DNA from: Eledone cirrhosa
Taxonomy: Eukaryota
Reading direction: 5' to 3'
Assembly: GCA_964016885.1 (NCBI GenBank)
Contig: OZ024740.1
Location: forward strand, 387,624,001-387,688,000
Length of the DNA: 64,000 nt
Shown: one piece after another, positions 51,305 through 64,000 of the stretch
Position numbering within the stretch: the stretch's first letter is position 1
How the letters are laid out: each line of letters begins with the position of its first letter
Translations under genes and position numbers: made by a program
Notes under the pieces: model-generated
Seen by the model: the letters and a program-made list of their open reading frames with translations, nothing else
The model's database searches: none
Told to the model about the DNA's origin: nothing

Positions 51305-51834
51305 GTGTGTGTGTGGGCGTGCGCGCGTGTATGTGTGTGTTTGGGTGAGTATGCGTGTGTGTATATGAGGGAGATAAACAGGAGAGAAAGAAGCAGGGAA
51401 ATTCGACAATATGTACCGGTGACACCCACGAATTCTCGTCTTCAATAATGCATTAAACAGTTGTTTATCCCGATGCAAACCTGTAACCAGCGAAGCTATA
51501 CTTCATAAATTGCAATAAATATGACTACAAAAATAATAAAACTCACTGTCATCACGTGCACACATCAATATAATCTCATAATAATTAAAAGTTACATTAT
51601 CTAGCATTATCTAGAGTGCAGGAATCGGTGTGTTGTTAAACTGTAATATTAATTACTGTCTTACTCATAAAGTAACCAGAATCAATATTGTTGTATAGTA
51701 CGTGTTGATCTTTGATTGCATGATTTACAATAGAACTGTTTATATAACGATAGGAATACAAATGCTGTAAGAAAGAACATGTAGCGCGTAAAAAGAAAAT
51801 AAATCAAATGAGACTTATGAATAATGATACATAC

Positions 51835-51876
51835 CTCACCATTGAAGAAACAATAGAGAAGAGCAACAAATATCCC
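51835..51876 (-). CDS. 42-nt internal exon of a class B1 GPCR (end of TM7)
   Basis: ttttttcacag|GGGATATTTGTTGCTCTTCTCTATTGTTTCTTCAATGGTGAG|gtatgt = GIFVALLYCFFNGE, phase 0-0, the family signature exon. Confidence 0.92.
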
Positions 51877-52188
51877 CTGTGAAAAAATATAAAATAAAAG
51901 GTGAAAACACTGTAAAACAAGGAGTCATCTCCCATGTATTTCCCTAGTTTTATCATTCTTTTTTTTTTATTGTTTCTTGAGATGTTTAGGAATAGATCAT
52001 AACCACACACATATTGTATATATACAGTTGTCAAGGAAGCAGGTTTGCTCCTAATTATATTAAACCATTACTTATTTCCAAGTGTAGTTATTTTAATCTG
52101 CTTACACCCCTCAGACGGCGTTTGTGTCCAGGTGACCCTACAATACATATATATATAAATATAAACAATTACATACTCCCACACGTAC

Positions 52189-52354
<166 letters not shown>

Positions 52355-52401
52355 TTACAAACATATATATAATTATTATCATGGCAATATATGTGTATTT
52401 G

Positions 52402-52438
52402 CTGCATTTTACAACTATTTCCGTCCTCAGAAACGCAG
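52402..52438 (-). ncRNA. Hammerhead-like motif with stem II reduced to a CG dinucleotide
   Basis: Minus strand CTGCGTTT-CTGAGGA-CG-GAAA-TAGTTG-TA-AAATGCAG; 8-bp stem I and intact core. Confidence 0.55.
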
Positions 52439-52659
52439 GATGTGCAATTCTAGTACAGATAGAATAATCATCAAAGCTATATTTCTTGGATGTAATAAGG
52501 ATACAATAAGGATATAATAAGCTAGCAGCTCTCTCAGATTTGATAGTAACGTGACTAATGCGTGTTGTTGGATTATAATTAATTAAATAAATAAATAAAG
52601 ATAACGGAATGCAGAAAATAAAACAATAATAAATGTATTACACTCAGGTACACACACAC

Positions 52660-52752
<93 letters not shown>

Positions 52753-53381
52753 TGCACATACACACACGCACACATGCACATACACATATTATCTCATTGA
52801 GTGAGACCGTTGAAATAAATTCGATGACTTTCGTATACTGTGTATTATCACTACAAATACACTGGGATAATTGCTGGCCTTGTGTCAAAAGTAGAAACAA
52901 TTATTATTACAAACTAACAGGGTGGTTTTCTGCTAGCATGTGTAGTGTGTTTATTGATATTATACGCAGGTATATATACATGTAGATATGATACATCAAA
53001 TAAAATCGTAATTGGCAATATATAATACATAGAAATTGAACGAAGACTGCGTTACACTGTCTTATTTAATCAGTAACGTAATCCATGATACATTAAAAAA
53101 GACGATATTATATATAAACTGCATTAGGAAAATTAGTGACAGAAAATGAGTATGTTTATTTAAGCGATGGCCAACCGGAAGTGTTGACATTTCAGAAATT
53201 TTAAAGAAGTGAATCTTTAAATAAACAAAATATATTTGATCAACATCCACGAAATTTAGTAGATAAATTATGTAATATTCATTCATTATTTATTCAAAGT
53301 AATCCAAATTATTTTACTAATGGGATAAAAAGTTATAAACCGTACGCAGTCCCGCGCTCCTTACTTTATTATAGTTTAGAT

Positions 53382-53719
53382 CAGGGGTTCTCAACCTGGT
53401 CTATGTGGACCACTAGTGGTCCACAGGAAAATTCAGGTGGTCCACAGAAAATTTTCAATCGCAAATTCTTTTTTGATCCATGCATTTGACTTAAAGAGCT
53501 GTTCTTATTCTTCGCATAAGTACGACTTCAGCTGTTTATTTGCGTAGATTTTTAGGCAGTGCGACATGATAATAGCATTTTCTAATTCATTGAAAAAAAA
53601 CCATCTACTGATGCTTATAAGTAGCAGTTCTATTACAAAAGATTTAAACGTTTAGGTGGTCCACAGGAAAAGATTACTTATTTTGGTGGTCCACAGCGAA
53701 AAAAGGTTGAGAACCCCTG
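53382..53719. mobile_element. hAT MITE
   Basis: Perfect TIR CAGGGGTTCTCAACCT; 8-bp TSD GTTTAGAT (53374-53381, 53720-53727); subterminal GTGGTCCACA repeats. Confidence 0.92.
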
Positions 53720-54018
53720 GTTTAGATTGCTTCCTGTGTAAGTTTGAACATTTTGTTTTTATATATTGATTATATATTGAATATATTGATTTTCGATTTT
53801 ATATTGCAATTCAGCCCTTGTGTTTGAAACTAATTGAATTCATTTTTGGCGGCAATTCCAGTTTTTGAATTCAATCCACCAATACGTGTTTTCTCAATTA
53901 GAGGTCTTCCTCTGTTATAGAGGCCATGTGTGATGACATCATTGAACTGCTAGATTTGGCAAGTTAACATTCTGTGCAGTTGTGTTCACTTTAAAGACCA
54001 AAATGTTGAGATGGGCAT

Positions 54019-54142
54019 CCCGCTGAAGACGCGCACCAGCCCCAGTTATAACATGCCTGCCTATATTACGCAATTCTGTGCATATAACAATTTTAATAAC
54101 TGTTGTAGATAGAATGCTGCGCAGAAACGAGATCCGTTCACT
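54019..54142 (+). ncRNA. Hammerhead with long stem II insert and damaged stem I
   Basis: CTGAAGA-C-GCGCA...TGCGC-A-GAAA-CG-AGATC-CG-TT; upstream blocks shared with the 30459 element. Confidence 0.6.
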
Positions 54143-54719
54143 AATTAACTAATTGTGCACACTCAGTATGATAACTTGCACTTTCTCACTTGCAAGTTTA
54201 TTATCTCATTGAGTGAGTGGGTAGTGACCGGAGATCGCTGAAATAAATTCGGTGACTTTCGTATACTGTGAGTATGGACACCACATATATATGTGTTTAT
54301 ACTTATGTATTTATATGTATATGTATTTTCTATAATTTGTTCTAACTTTTATATGGTTGAGTAAAATTTAGGTCGAAATAGACCGTTTCTTCCAGCAACT
54401 CTATTATTCCCCAACAGTCTACTCTTTACTACCATTCTGATGACCATAAAACCACGTGATAATTACCCTTTCGAAAATTTCACTGGTAGCAATCAGTTTG
54501 AAGAATTTGTCCTTACACTGAGAGAGTTTCTTGAAAAACCGAAACCTCACAGCTTCAGTGCACTTTAATCGCACTTTGGCGAAACTACAGCAGTTGGGAT
54601 TTTGAATAAAAAATAGGTATATATTTTTTTATCTATTTACTCTTCACATTTATGTCTTTGTATGTTATCATGTTAGTTTTGGTGTATGTACTATTGAAGT
54701 TCTTATTGTGCTTGTATAG

Positions 54720-55231
54720 CGCATAACAACAAAACACTAATAGGCCTAAATCTCAACCCACCCACAACAACATACAAAACCGCAACGGAGAATCTGCACA
54801 CTGAAAAACCTCCAACTGTAATTGCCACCTACCGGATGCAAAATAGATGCCTGGATTCAAGTATGGTGTACCTGTGTACTGTAAATTCAGGCAACTCTAC
54901 TTGGCACTACATAGGTTCCACGGCTGGGGTGTTCAAGAAAAGGTGGTACGTCCACAGACACTCCATGAAGAACCGGAGCCTGGAGAACTCTACGACGCTC
55001 GCCAATAAAATCTGGCAGCTTAAAAACACAAACCAGGAATATAGGATTAGCTGGTCAAAATTATCGGTAGCAGGGGCCTATAGCAACGGAATGTCACACT
55101 GCAGACTTTGTAATTTAGAACTATTCCATATTTTAAGGTACGATAAGATGCTGCTTAACAGCAAAATAGAAAGATCAATTTTCTGTAGGCATAAAATAGC
55201 TACCAGATTCACAAATTTCAAACCACCGTGA
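54720..55231 (+). pseudogene. Naiad-type PLE GIY-YIG endonuclease fragment
   Basis: CNC...RCLDSSMVYLCTV...HYIGSTAGVFKKRWYVH...TTLANKIW...CRLCNLE...LLNSKIE...CRH. Confidence 0.88.
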
Positions 55232-55576
55232 TTCGAGCCAGCAATCCCAACAAAATTAGAACTGAACCACCTGGATTTTAACATATGGAATACACACCAT
55301 CACACCGCTATTAGCTGTCAAACGGCCAACTGGTCACTAGATCATAAATCTATTAACGTCTCTTTCACCCTCTCTCCCTGAAACAGCAACCCCATTAAGA
55401 CAAGACAATCAGCAAAACATTTACCACCACACACATCTGTCATACCTTCAAGCGATTAGTGACCTCTAGACTCACCTGATCAATGAAACAATTGTCAATA
55501 CCTGAAATAAAGCCCCTTGTTGTACAGCCAACCATGTTACTCTTCACTCTTTCACTATATATATATATATATATAT

Positions 55577-55766
55577 AACGAAGGAGTTGTGGTAAGGAAC
55601 CAGATGGACCATAACGCACCAGAGTACTCAATACTTAGGGTAGTAGAGTGGGTAATAGGAAGAAGTATGACCTCGACGGCAGAGCTCAAGCCGTTTCGAC
55701 GGGTATTTCTGGACAGGAATAGCCGTCTAAACGGCTTGAGCTCTGCCGTCGGGGGTCATACTTTTT

Positions 55767-55770
<4 letters not shown>
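55577..55770. mobile_element. Head-to-head solo family T terminus inside (TA)n
   Basis: 55577-55714 is a full inverted copy and 55715-55770 a partial direct copy. Confidence 0.85.
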
Positions 55771-55816
<46 letters not shown>

Positions 55817-57299
55817 TGTGCATGTACTCGTATTTATTGCACAAGCAACTATGAGCAAAGTGTCTTCTTGCATCACCATTGGATCATCGAATATTCTATT
55901 CAAACGCAGTGTAGTTTCCGAAGAAAACACTTATCGATCTCTAAATGCTACAACTATTTTTCATACAGCTTTAATCATTCCACTTTTTGTTCCATTTATT
56001 TCTTCAACAAAAGTCGGAAATCAAAGCCAGTCCGTGGTAAAATACTATCTGCCAATCTGTGTAGATTTCTCCCGTTGACATTGAGAAGATGATAAAATGT
56101 TGAATTTCCAAGAGTATGTAGTATTGAATCCCCATTAATTTTACCCACATGACATTTTATTGGATCGTAGAATGATTAATCTGATGACAGTCCTTAAATA
56201 CACACATACACACGCATGCACACATATACATACACACACACATACACATATATATACGTGTGTGTGTATATATATATATATATAGGTGTGTATGTTCGTT
56301 GTCTGCGTATATGTATGAGTGGGCGTATGTGTGTACTTGTGTGTCTGCGTATATGTGTGTGTATGGGTATATGTGTCTGTAAGGGTGTATATGTGTGTAC
56401 ATTTGTATGTATGTGTGTGTGTTTTTGTGTTTGCTTGTGATTTTGCCCCCACCCCTATAAATATAAATGCTATTAATCTCATCACATGAATTACTACTAT
56501 TTGTATCCGTTGATGACTCAATATCATTTGTATTCAGAGCCTAGCTGTTCACATCAGGATTAGAAATAACGACGTCTTTTGTCTTTATTAAGGTCCTAGC
56601 ATGTTAGAGCATATGGAAATGTGTGTGGCATTCTTGTTCATACTCTCGTTTATTGTCGTAGCATTAACAGTATTAGGAAATGACAAATGCCTTTGATTGA
56701 GAGATCAATGTAAACTCAAATTCTGTTTGTGTTCTGTAGTGCTGTTACAACATGACACGGATATTTCACTGAATATTTTATAAAAGTTCTGATTAGGAAA
56801 AAACTGACACGGTGTGTATATATATGTTAATAATTTTCTCTACAAATAATTACTATGTCGATGCAAAACAAAAAGAAAATATCTGCATTAGGAAATACAA
56901 CTGACTTTGCAGATGTTCTCCTGTGTCTTCGTATAAAAACCAGAATTGAGAAGAAGATAATGAACCAAAGAGAATATATTAGGAAGAGTTTCCTTCGTAT
57001 CTATATGTGCAATAACACACACACACGCGCCCCCCCCCCACATATATATATTTATATATATATATATATATATAGATGTGTGTGTGTGTGTATGTGTGTG
57101 TGTCTGTGTATGCGTGTGCGTATGCATGTACTTACAGGAAAGTGGTGTTTTATGTACATCTGTATATACAGGGTTGGTCAGTCAGTTCTTTTAAGATATT
57201 TGTATGAATCTAGTAAAAGATGTACATAAAACACAACTTTCCTGTATGTACACGCATACAAACAATCGAGCAAACACTAAATTTATCTTTATTGACAAA

Positions 57300-58040
57300 T
57301 TTGGAGGCTACAGGTTTGGAGTTACATGAACGTAAACTTGTATGACATCAATCCTTGGGTTACGTCAGCTTTCTGGTTAGGTACCAGGTTTTATGAAACA
57401 GGTATAACCTTCCATTGTGTGCTTCACACACCCAGTTCTTATCAACTGTCTCCATCATCTCAACGTATCCAGCCGTATTAATTCTAAGAATATATGAAAA
57501 GATATGATGTAGCATGACAGGGCCTTCATTACTCACTAATCCCCAAACCCTCAATGTTGCTGGAAACATAGAGTGCACTATTCTGATAACATCAGACAAG
57601 TCTGTGCTTAACCATCTGTCATTTGTTCTCTTACATTTTTGCCATAGTCAAAGTTTTTCTCATTATATTTGAGCGGGGTTTTAACATTATTAAGCTTCCG
57701 CTGGACTCGGCTCAAACGTTTTTTCTCTCTTTGAACACATGAATCGTATAGCCCGTAAATACGATTGTATCGATGAACATCATGGAAAATCAGTGCGATG
57801 ACCCGCACTGATTTTCCAGGATGTTCATCGATAAGTATTTGAATCCTTTGTATTATTGCGGTCCAGACATTTCTCTTTGTAGAGTTGAAACATTCCCTCC
57901 AAAGACTTTCACTTCTATCCCAATTTTTGTGTGCAAATGTTCTTGCAACTTTTAGTAAATCGGCAATTACTAAATCGCTGTAATCTGCATATATCTTAAC
58001 AATGGCTACATGTCTTTTAATTTCTCGTGCTAGCATTTTA
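57300..58040 (-). pseudogene. Decayed Tc1/mariner-superfamily transposase (DD37D/maT-like)
   Basis: FPATLRVWGLVSNEGPVMLHHIF...RINTAGYVEMMETV.K.W....NGRLYLF; upstream HTH-like segment. Confidence 0.7.
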
Positions 58041-59594
58041 TTTTCAATGGGGAATCTGTGAGAAATAAAATAATTTTAATTCATCTGATGAGAATAATAT
58101 ACTGATAATTAAGGCTCCTCAAATACACATTGCATAGTGTATATGTAGTAGTAAGCATGGTGTCCTTTTATGATAGTAAAATAGTGCGTGTATACTCATG
58201 TTGGGAGCATGCTACAAACGTAATTTGTCGAAAACTGTCTTCTTGAATTCATTTACTCTATGTTTCTGGTGCCCTTGTCAGTCTTTAAGAATTTGGTACG
58301 ATATTCTTTCATCGGCAGTATAGCTAATAGATGAGTTGGCTTGTAGATTAATTGGTTGTTTAGATGGGTGGGTAGACATGCAGCTGGGTTATAGATTACA
58401 TTTGGATGTGTATTAGGATACTTTGTAAGTAGGATGGTAGCATGCCATATAAGTTATATTGCTCTTCCATAACAAAACTCAGTAGGTAAGAGGCCTGAGT
58501 GTTGCATGACTAGCTATATTATTGCTTGATTGATTGGTAGGCATGTCCAAGGCCTTGTCCCTTCTCACTTAAAAAAAACTATTTTGTACATAAATTACGA
58601 AGCAATTAGATATCAGCAGAGGAATTGCAGGAAAAGGGACTCCTTCGGAAATTAATGCATATGGGCTTTGCGACCGCGACTATCTGACGATGGATTTGCT
58701 TTTCCAAGACCCCAGCTCTAACAGGATGTTCTGAAAAAGATCAGCAATCACCCGTGTATGTAAGTATCTCTTCTCGTGGACACTGATTTTGTCCAAGGGA
58801 AAAGTAAAGGCCGACACGGTTTGGTATTAGCACTGATGCAATTCATTCGTTTCAAGTTACTGAACTAGAGAAGTGTAAAATAACCAACTAACGCATTCGC
58901 CTTCATAGTAAATGGTTATTGCTTCATAGTAAATGGTTATGCAATTATATGGTATCCGTACATGGCATATACACAGATATCACAAATGCAGCATCTATTG
59001 TTAGTAAATAAAGCTTAACTAACTACCGATGGAATCAATATAATGTGGTTTGAGTTACAAGAAACAGGGACCAAATTTCTATCGAATCACATCTTACATT
59101 CTTAAATCAGAAAGCTGCATTGAATAATATAATTCAAATATAACGAAAATGTTACGGGCAGAAAGTCTTTAATCATATTTTGCTATATGCGTGTACACCT
59201 GGGGCTAAAAAGCCCCAGCACAATCTATGATCAAACGTTCATAGATAATTATATCTATGGAAGTGGACATTCGAGCCAAGAACTCAGAATATTAAATTAT
59301 TGTGATTGCTATCGAGCCTCCAATTGTGTCGTGTTAGCATTTTCCTTAGCATATTCTTATATGCAATTGATCATTTTATATACAAAAGAATTTTAGAGAC
59401 ATCAAACAAAAGTTTGATATTGACAATCATGTTTCCTTCCTCTGTATACATCCATACATACATAATACATAGATACACACATACACACACACATACACAT
59501 ACGCATGCGTGCACACACACACACACACACATACATACACATATATATTAAGGAAAACGATGAAGTTTCATTTACACGTAGTTAATTTTTTATT

Positions 59595-59692
59595 GTGTAT
59601 CGACCTGTTACGGGCGTTTCGCAGAGGATTGGCTCAAGGTCAGCCATAGAGGTTATGGACCCAACTCCATTATAGATCTGCTCACCAGACTG
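59595..59692 (-). ncRNA. Degenerate long-stem-II hammerhead
   Basis: Minus strand CTGGTGA-GCAGA...TCTGC-GAAA-C...G-TC; A6G core change and poor stem I. Confidence 0.4.
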
Positions 59693-60292
59693 GTGATTTG
59701 ACAAACAATGTAGCGTTTGTTGTGATCGAAAACATGTTGTGTATATATAAGCATCAGTACTATTTCTTTTTGTGGAAAGCAGGCGAAGCGGGTGGACGTA
59801 TAAGGCGGTAATTACAGTGAATTACTTCATTAATAATAATTATCTACTTACCTATTGCACATCTATCAATGCAAAAACTACTTAATTGCTGGTGTTGATT
59901 TTGGACTGTAAGTTTTTCTCTCTCTGTATGTTGCGACATATCACCAATGAACGATTGCTTTTCGAAATAGTCTGTACATATGCCTAAGAAAATACTAAAT
60001 ACTTATTCATTGTAATTACCACCTTATACGTCCACCCACTTCACCTGCTTTCTTCATTCATTGTATATATTCAGCATTTGTTAATGTTCCTGATACGTGT
60101 TTTTGTGGAAATCAATTCCTTTTACTGATCCTAGTCATAAGCAGGTGCTGTGTATATTGTGTGAATAATCATTAATTAATTACAATGGTTTGATTCGTTA
60201 TTTGCATATACATGCAAGCTTATCACCTGTATAGAAAGGACTGTAGATATGAAACATGAATTTAATTTGAAAACCTTGTCTCTCTTCACTTT

Positions 60293-61465
<1,173 letters not shown>

Positions 61466-62928
61466 CCTTAATTTACGGACAAATTTATTCAGTTGCTGCA
61501 GACATAGATTGAACTCAACTTTTAAATATAAATATAAATTTAAAATGTAGTATATTTAATTTGATTTATAATTATTTATGAAACTCGCCGATAAATCTTT
61601 CGATTCCTTTTTATTTTAAACATTCTTCATGAATAATTAAACTACCCTAAAAGCTGATGCTCCAAATATATCGAATAAATTTTACACTAGATAAACTTCT
61701 ATATTAAATATAAGACCATCTGTAGATCAAATGGGTATCCTAAACTTTTGGAATGTTTTCTGCTAGACAGGATTTGGTAAATAATTTTTGGTTTTGTTTG
61801 CTTTTGATTCTGATGCTTATAACGAACTTGGCAATATATTGTCAATTAACTTTGAAGGGTTGATCTCTGTGGTTGATTTGCGGGGCATACTATGTTTTAT
61901 TTTAATTTTAATATTTTTAATATTTTTAATATTTTTAATATTTTTAATATTTTTATTTTTATTTTTAATATTTTTTTGATTTTTTGTTTTTTATTTACTT
62001 TTTGTTTCTGATATTTTTTATTGATATATTGATATCTGTTCTCTATTTATGCTTGAACGATAATCATGTAGAGTAAAGACATGAATAGTATTGTTAAAAT
62101 TAATGTAGACTCTATATATATTTGTGTGTATGTACACATATATGTATACTTAAATTTTTATAACACAATGAGAATGTTTTCGTGTGAAATAGGAATTTGC
62201 AGAGCTGATCACGTAAATTCACATGGATGTATATAGTATAAATTCTGGGATAACCTTCTATTTAACTCAACTCTAATATAAACCTAGGAATTTTAAACTA
62301 GACATATGATCATTATTTTTCACACATTATTGATACGTGTCTCATTCATGAATACTGATATTTACATTATAATGCCTGTTTTATACGAATTGATATTTTT
62401 TACATTGATGAAACATAGTGTTTTAATTCTGCCTCGTTTTTGTCTGGATATTTTTCTTTTCTCTCTATGTAACGGCTGTTTTCTCTCTTAACCACATATA
62501 TCTCTCTCTACATTAATACTAGAGCTAAATAAATAAATAAATAAATAAATATATCATTGATACGTCATTCAACTGGTGCCCAACTACCTAATTTCTTTCT
62601 CTCTATCTCTATCTATATCTATCTCTCTATATTTTCTCTCTCTCTCTCTCCTCTCTTCTCTCTCTCTCTCTCTATCTATCTCCCTCTGTGTTTTTTCCTC
62701 TCTCTATATATCTCTCTCTGTTTCTTTACATGAATTTCTTCTCTATATCTATCTCTCTATATCTATCTCTCTCTATTTAGTTGCATGCATTTCTTCTTTT
62801 TCTTCGTTTTTCTTTCTTTCTTTTTATAACTGTCCCTAATATTTTTTCACTACCAAATCAACTTTTCAAATAGAAGTCGAAGTTGAAAGGTATGTCGAAT
62901 CTATCTATTTATAAGACTGTTTATATTG

Positions 62929-62994
62929 TATTTTGTCTGAAGAAGGCATAACATATTTTTAATATGATATCCCTGAAATATATATAATGAAATA
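62929..62994 (+). ncRNA. Type I hammerhead ribozyme
   Basis: TATTTTGT-CTGAAGA-AGG...CCT-GAAA-TATATA-TA-ATGAAATA; 8-bp stem I with two G-U pairs; about 40 nt before (TA)n. Confidence 0.75.
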
Positions 62995-63049
62995 AATATG
63001 GTTTTATAAATGTAGTTTCCATTTATTTAATATCGTATATATATATGTA

Positions 63050-63157
<108 letters not shown>

Positions 63158-63158
63158 T

Positions 63159-63211
<53 letters not shown>

Positions 63212-63212
63212 A

Positions 63213-64000
<788 letters not shown>

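Noticed and set aside
60227-60290. Possible upstream GPCR exon (...FISTVLSIQ|gtgata, minus strand)
   Set aside because: The peptide would fit before GIFVALL, but the donor is weak, the acceptor abuts (TG)n and no TM6 sequence is visible; needs RNA-seq.

Overview
AT-rich, repeat-dominated eukaryotic DNA, probably a coleoid cephalopod such as octopus (inferred from repeat content only). The one host gene I can support is the 3' end of a class B1 (secretin-family) GPCR on the minus strand: a 42-nt TM7 exon at 51835-51876 and a terminal exon at 27850-28155. About 28.2-64 kb is therefore probably intronic. The rest is mobile DNA and repeats: Naiad-type and Neptune-type Penelope-like element (PLE) fragments; L1/Tx1, RTE, R4/Dong-like and CRE-like LINE remnants; many tRNA-derived SINEs; mariner/Tc1 remnants; hAT and piggyBac MITEs; minisatellites and large (TA)n tracts. 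The main signal is RNA structure. More than a dozen type I hammerhead ribozyme (HHR) motifs from several unrelated families sit next to microsatellites, often as head-to-head fold-backs or partial tandem repeats. They include variants with long branched stem II inserts, a CAGAAGA core, and one with stem II reduced to 2 nt. A multi-copy hammerhead-shaped motif with an altered core occupies the HHR position at the end of a second Naiad family. All folds and alignments were done by eye, element boundaries are approximate, and no activity is demonstrated.
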